Origin: Octopus bimaculoides
Lineage: Eukaryota
NCBI RefSeq assembly: GCF_001194135.2
Contig: NC_068991.1
Span: 79,654,319 to 79,718,318 of the forward strand
Length of the DNA: 64,000 bases
Reading direction: 5' to 3'
In this document: positions 1-11,070 of the stretch, in pieces
How positions within the stretch are numbered: the stretch's first letter is position 1
How the letters are laid out: each line of letters begins with the position of its first letter
Translations under genes and position numbers: made by a program
Notes under the pieces: generated by a model
What the model was told of the DNA's origin: nothing
Databases searched by the model: none
Seen by the model: the letters and a program-made list of their open reading frames with translations, nothing else

Positions 1-701
1 AGAAGCTGTTGAACCAACGCTTGAAATGGAAAAAAAGAAGAAACTTTAAAAATGTAGATGTATAAAAACATTTGTGTTCCAGATAATAGAAAAGGGTTAC
101 TCTGCAGGAACTAAGGTCACTTCCTACTACTCCAAAGAACACTGATTAATTATACGAAAGCCAATGATGGAAACTTCGAATTCATCTGATAATTTTTTTT
201 TAAATTAAAAAGCAAATAAACAAATGAATAACATCAGCAATGCGAATGGAAAATATATTCCTAATTGAAATTTATAACAACGTTAGCTATTTAATTATCA
301 TGCAACAAGATCAACGATACTGCATTGAATACACACATTATTCAAACATATATGAGTGGAAGTGTGTGTATGTGAGTGTGCGTGTGTGTTCGTGTGTGTA
401 TGTGCGCGCGTGTGTGTGTGTGTGTGTGTGTGTACGCGCGTGCGTATTTGTGTTTGTGTGTGCGTGTACTGCAGCTGAGGCATACTGCGTTTGTTCGATG
501 CCCAGGGATAGACATTTCATTGGATTAGAGACATTTTGAACGAAACAGATTGTGAAGCCGTCTCTAAACTTTAACCTCAATGTTGTGAACTCATTTGAAG
601 CCNNNNNNNNNNNNNNNNNNNNNNNNNNNNNNNNNNNNNNNNNNNNNNNNNNNNNNNNNNNNNNNNNNNNNNNNNNNNTATATATATACATATATATATA
701 G

Positions 702-944
702 GTAGTGGAGAACGACCCTCATGGGACTGCATCTAGAAAATTCCCCTCCGAGTCACAAGTCCGAGCAAGGTTGTTTATGGAAGACTAGCAATCGCCCATA
801 TACACCAGTCACCCCTCTATCCACGCCACCGAATTTTTCCAAGGGAAAATCAAAGGCTTATACAGTTTCGCACCTCATGTGTACAGCTGAGTGAACTGGA
901 GCAACGTGGAATCAAGTGCTTGGGTCAGGAACAAAATACAGTTT
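702..944 (-). mobile_element. tRNA-derived SINE body (family C), head missing
   Basis: Contains cagctgagtgaactggagcaacgtggaatcaagtgcttgggtcaggaacaaaatac. Its reverse complement resembles the tgtgtYcttgggcaagacacttta-type core seen after the tRNA head in invertebrate SINEs. It directly abuts the CR1 3' end. Confidence 0.6.
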
Positions 945-1625
945 CAGTCTAAGATCTGCGGCGATGGTGAGGCAGCACCATTTACTTTGCTACACTTTCA
1001 CTAAACCTCTTCTGATGTCAGACAGTTGGTGGATGAGGGATTTTGACGTTACTGGCTTGATCTGTGTTACTTGCTTTGAGGTAGGTTCATCCGGAACACT
1101 TGACAGAAGATCCAGCCATGAAGCTCTCACAGATTTTGTGGGAGGATATTGAAGAGCTGTGGGCTTTTGAAGCCCAAGCTGCTGCAATATCGTGTTCTGT
1201 ATCCAGATGGAAATGCTGGCGTTTTTGTTACTATGTAGTGGTGCCAGATCTTGCTGTTTATGTAACTGACAATGATAAAATTTGGTACAAGTTTTTCTAA
1301 GGTTTTCCAGATGTATATTACTGCATATCTTTCCCGCCTTCGCTGCAGGGAGTACAATCTTAATTATTCCAATCTCTCGCAGTAGCTGATATGGTGCTTG
1401 GTGTCGATCTTCGTATAGCTTCGCTGAACCACCTGGAGTTTCGAGGTTAATTTTAGACTGTTTGGTGATCACAGTTGGAAGGAGTAATCCAGACGGCTCA
1501 AAACGAAAATCCCCCAGAAGACCACCATCATTTCCTTTCCTTTTGTTTTGAAAGTTTGAAACATCCATCTGGCCAAGCGTCTGTATTTTATTGCCAACTT
1601 AGTAAGGTGCTCTAGAAAAGATGCA
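945..1625 (-). mobile_element. CR1-clade LINE, 5'-truncated 3' end (ORF2 C-terminus plus 3' tail), frameshifted
   Basis: Minus-strand frames give WMFQTFKTKGKEMMVVFWGIFVLSRLDYSFQL, YSLQRRRERYAVIYIWKTLEKLVPNF, SLGFKSPQLFNILP and LLSSVPDEPT. These are the typical post-RT motifs of CR1 ORF2, in the correct order, followed by a short tail ending gactgaaac. Confidence 0.85.
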
Positions 1626-2007
1626 TCATAACTCATATCGATATCTAGGTCATGCACTCTCTTCATTGATACCCTCTCCGCCCGCTCCACCCTACACGAC
1701 ATACCCGACACTCTATTCCCACACCTCCACCTCACACCCACATACCCCACCTAACCCCAACATCTCTACACACTCATACCTCTCCAACACCCCACCACAC
1801 GACTCCACAAACACTAGCACTGACCACTTCCCAGCACCCACACCACACATCATCATCCGCACACCCACACACAATCCTCCACAACACACACACGATTATT
1901 CACACACCCACTCATTACAGACGCACACACTTACACACGCACATATCCACACGTCAATTTCACTAGCCCCTATTCACACACATACACTTACACAGTCTCA
2001 CAGGTAG

Positions 2008-2033
2008 GTAGATAGATAGATAGATAGATAGAC

Positions 2034-2081
<48 letters not shown>

Positions 2082-2098
2082 GGATGGATAGATGGATA
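2008..2098. repeat. (GATA)n microsatellite grading into (GATG)n
   Basis: Directly visible tandem array. Confidence 0.95.
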
Positions 2099-2959
2099 AA
2101 TGATGTTTTTGAGTAATGTTTTGTCGTATCCATTTATGGTGAAAGTCAAGATGATCATGACTGAGCCACTTTGCTTATAGATCATACGTCATTTCAAGGA
2201 ACATAATACATTTACAAAAAAAATAAATAATTCTATTTCCCTCCTTAGATCCATCATCTAAATACATACCTCACAGCTTTCTCCCTCCCCTCTATCTGTC
2301 TGTCTGTCTCTCTCTATCTCTCTTTCTCTCTCTTACTCTTTGTCCCTTTCTCTTTTTGAATTTGCACATGTTTGCATGCGACTACATGTTTAGGCACGCA
2401 TAAATTTTGTTCATGGCTATGGGGTGAGGGGAGATAACCAGGATAAGAAGAAGATGAATGGGAGAGAGAGACAGAGTGAGAGAAGGAGAGAGAGGAAGGC
2501 AAAAGAGAGAAGAAGAAAGGGATATCGCAAAATATAATATTTCCTCGAATATAAATTAATTTTGAATTAAAATTATCAAAGTCCATCGCACCCTTCCCAG
2601 CGCCCTCCCCTTCAACCGAGGGAAAACGGTAGCAGTACCGAAGCAAGGCTGCAAAGACAGCGGAGTAACGTTACAATTACCTGAAACGAGCGAATGACGC
2701 ACGCGACCTTGGAAGTCTGCTATGACGGCATCTCTTACGTTAACAGTATAAAAAAAAACGAGACCAATACTATGATAACAAATACAGTTCTATGCTGGAT
2801 CCTATGATGTGCAATTATATGCTCTTTGTTTTTTGTACACATTTACGAAACATTACAATATGATAGTCACGGCTCAAAATTGAGTCAAAACTTTAAGGTT
2901 AGAAATACCGTTCATTTGTATTGTCGCTGGGTAAATTTCACTCAATCTTACCTTAGATT

Positions 2960-3418
2960 ATAACGAGTTCATCCAGATGTCTCTTCCAGTGTAGCCGACA
3001 ACTGTCCTGTACTCTTTTAACTTGTAATAATTCTCCAGCAACATGAGGGAACACCTTACACTCGGGTGTCACCACTCACAATCCTCCGGGGCCACCTCTA
3101 TGTCAAAGTTCGCCATCTAAACTTCTTTTCTCACTGAAACCTTTGCACTGTTGTATAAAACGATAAGGAGGAACGCACTTGGCACCTGTGTGTCCCAATT
3201 GTCCATAGTTGTAGCACTTCGGCCTCCTGCCTTCTGCCACAACCCAAAGCCCCACGTCGTCTCCCACCTTATGGTGTTGACCATTTCTTCCAAATCCCTT
3301 TGGACAGCCTTGATTATCATTCCCAGTGTTTTCCCTGGTCAGTTCTTCGCTGGTACCTTTGTCTCCTGTAGGATTGTAATCCTTTCCTCGAAACCCATTA
3401 AAATTGCCGCCAATATGA
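2960..3418 (-). mobile_element. Non-LTR retrotransposon ORF1 (gag-like) fragment with zinc knuckle, Tx1/L1-like
   Basis: RRPKCYNYGQLGHTGAKC (knuckle at 3175-3216) is a CX2CX4HX4C motif with the second Cys mutated to Tyr. Upstream frameshifted segments read ILAAILMGFEERITILQ and MIIKAVQRDLEEMVNTIRW, then LWVVAEGRRP. The 5' side is cut by a SINE. Confidence 0.7.
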
Positions 3419-3625
3419 AGGTGATGAGCTGGTAGAACTGCCAGTAAGCAGGACAAAACGCTTACCTTCATTTGTACCGGCTTTACGTTCGGAGTTCAAC
3501 TTCCACCGAGGTTGAATTTGTCTTTCATCCTTTCGGGGTCGATAAAATGAGTGCCAGTCAAGCACTGGAGTCAATGCAATCGACCCCCTTTCAATATTTC
3601 GAGTCTTAGACCTGAAGTAGAAAGA
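3419..3625 (+). mobile_element. tRNA-derived SINE family A
   Basis: Has the gagctggtagaa A-box region, a gagttcaacttcc B-box and the tttcatcctttcggggtcgataaaa body. It aligns by eye with the better-preserved copy at 6115-6328. Confidence 0.85.
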
Positions 3626-4253
3626 AGTAATAGATGTAATGCGTGTTGGCATCACTACTGCAGATGCTAAAAGAAAATTGGAAATAAAGAGACTGATGAT
3701 TATAGATATTTTAATATCTATGGACAATTCTAATCGTCCTCTTGATGTTCAAGTATTATTTTGACTTCATTAAGCACACTGAAATTTTTCATTACTTACC
3801 GATGTTAGGATGAGAGAAACAATATTTAAATGGAAGAGTAAACGATTTGATTAATGCAGAAAATGTTATTTTTCATTTCGTACATATATCCGGGCAGCCA
3901 CTCATATATTCTGTGCTTGTGTTCCCCTAATTTTCCCTAGTACTCGACAGCCTTCGCCGTAGTAATACAAAAGTGTGTTTCGGGATTATCTCCCGTGCTC
4001 GTACTTAAAACGGTTTTCGCTAATGTTTGATATAAATTTTCTTTGTTTTATCTAACCAAATAATTTGCGAATTTACGTTTCAACACCCACAATAAATATG
4101 TTAAAGTGTGTTATATCTAATAATTATTACTAGCATCAAATCGCTACATATAAAAATGCTTTACATACACATACACATACACATACACATATGTATTTTA
4201 TTTTTTGATTATAAGCTGTAGTCAGTTAAATATGATGTTTTACATCTGTATAG

Positions 4254-4255
<2 letters not shown>

Positions 4256-4321
<66 letters not shown>

Positions 4322-4338
4322 CATTATTGTCATTATTA
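4256..4338. repeat. (ATT)n microsatellite
   Basis: Directly visible tandem array. Confidence 0.95.
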
Positions 4339-4749
4339 TATGTCTGTCAATATTTCTATTATGGACAATAAGCAAGCATAGTTTTAATCGTAAGATGGAT
4401 GTTTGTCTAGTGTTTTACTAGTGTATTTTTTTGTTTTTACGTTAATGGTTGCCATATATACAAAAACAATAAAACTGAATATATAAAATTAAAAAATAAT
4501 GTAACATAAGTGATAATGGATGTTAAATTAGGCGTTATGCAATCGTACAGGCAGATTAATTGGAATTTGGTATTATACTAACACACACATACTCACACAT
4601 ACACACAAACGCACGCGCACACACACACACATTAATGTATTAATTCGTCGACGTTTCCCATATAACAATGGAAAATATAAATGAATATTTGCAATGCAAC
4701 TAGACTTTGAAATCTCTCATTGCGATCTAAGTAGTAACTATACTGCATA

Positions 4750-5016
4750 GTAAAATCTATTCGCCAACGTAAGGTAGCAGTCCTCCGTAGGACCATGTTA
4801 CTACGTTTTAACCCCAGGAAAACATCTTTTCCAGCTGGTTATCGACACACATTCTGCGCATGGGAGCGTACTACTCCCTCCCGCCCTTTCTCACATTGTA
4901 TTTCAGACACAGATTGTGTATCGATAACCAGCTGGTAAGGATGTTTTCTTGGGGTTAAAAGGTGGTAACATGGTCCTACGAAGGACTTTCACTTTACCTT
5001 GGTAAATAAATTTTAC
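4750..5016. mobile_element. Hairpin MITE / foldback element with arms of about 105 bp
   Basis: The left arm gtaaaatctattcgccaacgtaaggtagcagtcctccgtaggaccatgttac...ccagctggttatcgacacacattctg is the reverse complement, with scattered mismatches, of cagattgtgtatcgataaccagctgg...gtaacatggtcctacgaaggactttcactttaccttggtaaataaattttac. The spacer is about 50 bp and there is no ORF. Confidence 0.85.
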
Positions 5017-5602
5017 CATATAAATAATACTTATGAACTCACATGAGCCAGGAGGCTACCTAAATTCCAGGACGGAAGCCGTGGGGAATTTGCCTACATT
5101 CTTGGAAATTTCTACTTCAAAACTGGAAAACCTAGCTTTCAAGCGAAGGAAGACAACTCGCCCGGCCATAATTTTTAAGAGGAATATTTCTACAACTATC
5201 ACCGGCGTTCTTGTGTTTTTAAAAATCATTCTTTGCAGAGAACAGATATTGTTTAGAGAAACTGAATATATGTCTAGTTCAGGCTAGATATGAAACCAAT
5301 GGTAATGCTCTAAAACAGTTACTCTACACATACAAATATGTATATATATATATGTACATACGAATAATCGAAATATTAACACTCCTACGAATAATGCTAA
5401 TACTACTATTGCCGCTACTTCTACAGTCATTGATATTACTAATACTACTACCAGGAGAACTGGTGGTGATAGATGTAGTGTTGGTTGTAGTCGTAACAGA
5501 AGTAAGTGGTAACAGTAGTAGCTATAATAATAATAATAATAAAAGCAACTGCGTCTGTATGTCTGTGTGTGTTTGTGCATATATGTCTTGTTGGTTCTCA
5601 CT

Positions 5603-5634
<32 letters not shown>

Positions 5635-5639
5635 CATAC

Positions 5640-5687
<48 letters not shown>

Positions 5688-6114
5688 AAGTGGCACAAAT
5701 AAAATGCCTTGCACTATTTCCTTTCCACAGGAGACGTTCGCAGCACATATCGACTAGAAGTACTCTGCCTTTCATTCTTTCACACCCTACAAAAGCATAT
5801 AATTTCAGAACGGTCGATTGGCAGAGATACTCGAAGGTCGGATCAGATGTCGAACTGAAATTTCTATAGCTTTCCGTACGCAGTCGAGATTCGACATATC
5901 CTCATTCTGTAGTTTATTTAGATAATATCCAGGTATAACACCAACATCTAGAAGCGTGTGAGTCTTCAGCGCGGTGTCCACTCAAACGCGACCATTGACG
6001 CCAAGTTTTTGATTTGAGTATTAGTCTTCCTCTCGCTCTGCCATCTGTAGTACGCCTTACTTATCCTCCTAACACGAAATACGCATTGCTTATCCTTCTA
6101 ATTAAGTATTCTTT

Positions 6115-6328
6115 TCTTTTGTACTCTAGGCACAAAGCCTAAAATTTTTGGGGAGGTTGCAGTCAATTAGATCGACCCAAGTACGCAACTGGTACTTAAT
6201 TTATTGACCCCGAAAGGATGAAAGGCAAAGTCGACCAAAGTGGAATTTGAACTCAGAACGTAACGACAGACGAAATACAGCGAAGCTTTTCGCCCGGCGT
6301 GCTACCGTTTCTGCCAGCTCGCCGCCTT
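6115..6328 (-). mobile_element. tRNA-derived SINE family A, near full length
   Basis: Minus strand reads ggcggcgagctggcagaaacggtagcacgccgggcgaaaag...gttctgagttcaaattcc...gtcgactttgcctttcatcctttcggggtcaataaattaagtaccag. Pol III A-box (TGGCAGAAACGG) and B-box (GAGTTCAAATTCC) are intact. Confidence 0.9.
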
Positions 6329-8865
6329 ACTCTGCATACATATCGGGGTAAAAATTATTTCCTCCTTATAAACTGGGAGAGAAAATCTTTACGTTTTTTT
6401 CTTCCTGAATATGAGTGCTGACTTTAAATCCTGCTCTTTTGGCTTCTATTGGAAAGTACAAACCTAGACCGTTAAATTCACAGGACTTATAGGATCTCTC
6501 AAGACCTTTTGCTTTGTCTTTTTCGATCTTTGCGTTCTGACAGCAATCCCTACAATGACAATTGTGTACCAACCCAAATCGTGGCCTGTCTCTTGTCAAT
6601 AGCGTCCAAATGTAACTCTTATATATACAGGGCATTAATATCTCAAGAGTAAACCTACAGATGCTTGGTAAATCTCGGCCTATGGTGACCATGTTTATAA
6701 CATAAATGAAGACCGAATTGCTTTGTAGTAAATAAAACAGAATATAGTCGATACGATAAGGTTCTATATAAAAGGTGAAACAATGCTTTCCTCAGATTGG
6801 AAACCAGTGTTAAATGAGTCATGCTCCAACAACGAGCATTGTTCGCTCGAGAGTAGGAGCATATATGGTAACCTACTTCTAATACTGCATAATATACAAT
6901 ATTTTGCAATAATAAATGCTGGTAGTGTCTTATTTAAAGAATGCACATTGCACAGCCTGCGTTTCCTTATATTCTTAATCTCTGTGCCTTATGTTAGTGT
7001 GAAAAATAATCAATACTTATTCAAATTTCTAACATATCTCCCTTACAATTGTTGTCTATTAGGTTTATACCACGGCAAAAAATAGATAAATAAATAAAAT
7101 GGTTTTCATGCATATTTCGTATTTTCATATTTGCATTTTTTAAATTGCTTTTCATTGTAATTTTTGAGTTACTTGCAGATTTCATTACGATGCATGAGTT
7201 CGCGAATCCGATAAAGTCAACGGTATAAAGACAACAATAATCAATTGTTAGGCATAAACATACGTAGCAAAGATGCAGAGATTTGAAATATATTTTAGCA
7301 TTCAGTTATTTTGATAAATATGCAAGGAACATCATTTGCGTGCAATAGTTATGTTATTTACGATCAAATATTATGTGAATGTTATTGAGCCTGTATTCAT
7401 TTACTAGTCCCATATATGTTTTATTGGATAAGCTAGATTTAACATTAATGTATGTTGTAACAAAACATAAGCACTAACAATTATATGTAACATTGTAGTT
7501 CATGTTCCACAGTAAATTTTAAATGTCCATTTACATATTTAAATATTCGGCGCAATAAACATACACTTCAATTAAACGGAACCGAGGAAAGATATCAGAC
7601 GTTGCAGAAGTACTCTAAATGCCATGCTTCTTATAGCAGAAACAGCCGTAGCTAATGGAATGATGATAATCTAACATGTTTTTGTCGTCATTTGCTAATT
7701 GTTATTATGCTGTATAAGCAGCCGGCATTTATTCTAAAGCATGAGTCTAATGAATTCTAACAACTGGCTATTAATATCGCCATGTCTAAAAGAAATCACG
7801 GTATATAAAAACATAATATCTAAATCGTCATAGTAAGGAAATATTCATGTACCACCTTATTCCTGAAAAGGGACACCAAACTTACTCTAGCACCTTATCG
7901 AAAATTTTAGGAGCGCACGCATGCGCATATTGGTTATGAAAGTGGTTATTACGTTAGTTATGGCTATCTTGAAACTGCGGTCAAGATAAGACTTTATACA
8001 ACAATTCTGTTTGTTTCGTTTTCTTTATTTTATAATCTGTATTTTGCATATGGTATAATGCATATCACGTGACTGATAATCATTCATTGCAGATGAAACC
8101 CGCGCAAGAAGTTCAAACTCTATCTTTTATAAACACATTTTCCTGCTGCCTCGTTGTCTATGTTTGTGTATGTATAAGCGTCATTTTCCCGATTTATCTC
8201 AATTGTAATATTTTTATATCTACTTCCAGTCACATATATACTTCTATATAACATTCATAACATTTTGTAGCACAAAAATTTACGTTCGAAAAATGTCAGA
8301 GGATTAAATGATGAGATACAGCATTTTCCATATATTAGAATATTAAATCAGAATGTCTAAAGCATGAATATGAAGAAAATATACTTTTAGATCTTTTATT
8401 GGAACTTACAGTGCTTGAGGGTGATTAAAATAATTCTAAGGTACAATTGGATCAAAGACATGGCCAGTGACCTCAGAAATTCGTAACGAAATCTCACGGA
8501 TATTCTGCAATAAACCGAAAAGTAATATCATATCTGTAACTATTTTTGAAAAACTATTATTAGTGAACTGCAAGGAATAGGAAGTTAATCAGGTGATCTG
8601 TTTTACTTTTTAATGTACTTTATGCTTGAATCTCTTTCTTCTCTCTCTGATATTCACCTGACTGAAATTATAAATACGGTAACATATATTATTCCGAAAA
8701 GTCGAGAAGGATGAGTAGACTGGGGATGAGTTAGAAATAAAGTTAATGAGTTCGAATGTAATTCAAAGCTATATTTCAATAGAGTAATTTCGGTAAATCT
8801 TTGTGTGTGATGTATATATAAAAGTAATATAAATATATATATAAAACTAGTATGTAAATGTGTGC

Positions 8866-8916
<51 letters not shown>

Positions 8917-9069
8917 NNNNNNNNNNNNNNNNNNNNNNNNNNNNNNNNNNNNNNNNNNNNNNNNNNNNNNNNNNNNNNNNNNNNNNNNNNNNNNNNNNNN
9001 NNNNNNTAATATATGGAAATAGGTTAGAATGAGGTAGTTTTTGCGAAGTACTGTGAAGTATAATTTTAA

Positions 9070-10025
9070 TGAATGTAGCTGGAACCATACGAGAAGGCAC
9101 AAAGTACAAAATGAAAAGAAAACAGAACAAAATTGCAGTTTTACCTTGTATTTCTATATTTCGGTGTGAATACCCTTTCTTCATTACATTCGGAAAAGCG
9201 GTGGTTGGAAAATGTTTGTTGCTCAGATGTGTATGTGTGGGAATGTTGGGGTGGGGGGAAGGTGGCATGCGCCGACCGTAGTTGCTATAGCCACCAGTGT
9301 GCTCCGTGTAGTTCCTTCCTGTTGTTAATGGCTGGTTTCAATTTGCATATAACAAGGGCTTCCATACTTCTGAGATTGCCCCTGTTGTGTTGGGTTGCTT
9401 TGATAGAAACTTTGAAATTCTGAGTTTGCCACTTCCTAAGGTGTTTCTTTATCTAATGTCTGCCTGCAAATCCTCTTTTCATCTGATGTGTGGTTTCCTA
9501 CGTCAACGACAGAACAACAGCAGCTATCTTAAATGCCATGGGGACTTAACGTATAGTTGGTACATACAGTTATACTGTACATACTTAGCATACAGTTCTA
9601 TGTGCAAGGAAAGTTCTGTCGAGGAAAATACCACAGAGTGCACTGTGGGTTGCACACTCACCCACTGCCCCATCAACGGCATCAAACATGGTCGACGTCC
9701 TGTGTAGTGTACGAGGGAGTAATAAACGTGGAGCATAAGGGGCACAACTAGGAAACTACAGATCCACATAAACTGACACCAGCCATTAACAACAGGAAGG
9801 AACTACGCAAAGTAGACTAGTTGCTGTAAAAACAAAAATCCGTGCATGCCACCTGCCTCTTCGCACACACCCCCTCCACACACATGCATCTGAGCAACAA
9901 CCTTTTCCTGTGTACTGTTTTTCCGAATGTCCCAGTAAAATGGCAACTTTTCTCTGTTTTCTTTTCATTTTGTAGTTTACTTTGTACCTTCTCGCATTGT
10001 TCTGGCTTTACACAACTACATTCTG
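9070..10025. repeat. Long diverged inverted repeat (arms about 9070-9345 and 9772-10025)
   Basis: Shared blocks in opposite orientation, e.g. tagttccttcctgttgttaatggctgg versus ccagccattaacaacaggaaggaacta, and ttgttgctcagatg versus catctgagcaacaa. The ORF track shows the same pseudo-peptides on opposite strands (MKRKQNKIAVL / MKRKQRKVAIL). Confidence 0.8.
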
Positions 10026-10374
10026 TAATGTAAGTATATGTATGTATGTGAATGTATGTATGTATGTATGCATGTATGTATGTATGTATGTATGAATATA
10101 TGTACGTATGTGGGAAATCGTTTGGAGTTGGATCAGCAACTTTTATACCAAGTAGGGCCAAAAGTTTTTCACATATTCACTGATGATTTTGCCAAATTGC
10201 ACCTTTTTTTATCGTTAATTTGATATACACCTGTTGCTCAATCGTTGCTGAGTTATTGATTTATAGATATAATATATACATATAATATATACATATAATA
10301 TATACATATAATATATATATATAATATATACATATTCATTGTTTATTCTTTATTATTTTCTAACTTTGATAATG

Positions 10375-11070
10375 CAAGGTGAAAAATTGCTGATAGAACT
10401 GTTTTACGTATGGTGAGAGCGACTGAGTGCAAAGGCAGCAGCAAAGAAATTAACAATGTGCAAGGCTCAGGATCTGTCAATAAACGTATGAGACGAAAGC
10501 ATTCCCGACGCTTCTAGAAAGGTAGCACCAACGTGGATGAAAAACCAAGGTCAGGGAGACCTTCTGATATGGGAGATGACTTTTTGCTTTAAATGGTTGA
10601 ACAACTGCCAAGCACCAGCAGTCATGCTTTGTCAGTAGAATTTGGTCCTTTACATTACAAAACACCATAAATCGACTCCTCCATAAACTCGTACTTGTGA
10701 ACAGAGTGAAGAAGATTCTCATTAGCTGACCAATGACCAGGCTTATCAACGTGTGAGCATTTGCAAACAATTTCTGACAAATCATAGAAATACCTGTTTT
10801 GTGCTTCGAACTATAACTTGGGCTGAAAAATTAGATCTATTTTATAACCATTATAAAAAAAATTAATGGCTTCTTTCTGTTCAGGCTTCGGAATCTGTTA
10901 TTAAACAAAGGCGATTGGTATGGAAAATCATGTTATGAGTTTGTGGAATATCGAGGCGGAGAGAGATGTATTTTGAGCTTGCCTCAGAAAGTCGTGCTTT
11001 GAATGCTGGTGTTTATGCTTAACAACTACAGCGATTATATAATGCTTCAAAAGCTCGCTAGCCGAGGGGC
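10375..11070 (+). mobile_element. Mariner (Mos1-like) transposase fossil
   Basis: Stop- and frameshift-ridden translation KAAAKEINNVQG...GSTNVDEKPRSGRPS...LTNDQAYQRVSICKQFL...RTIT..EK...IML...FEL...LNAGVYA.QLQRL matches the HTH and first catalytic region of mariner transposases. Confidence 0.8.

Noticed and set aside
7630-7650. GAAACAGCCGTA preceded by a tgct/agca stem
   Set aside because: There is no CTGAnGA half upstream and no helix I.
7913-7927. NRF1-like gcgcacgcatgcgca motif next to a reverse CCAAT
   Set aside because: It is a short motif with no CpG island, TSS or exon evidence, so it cannot support a promoter call.
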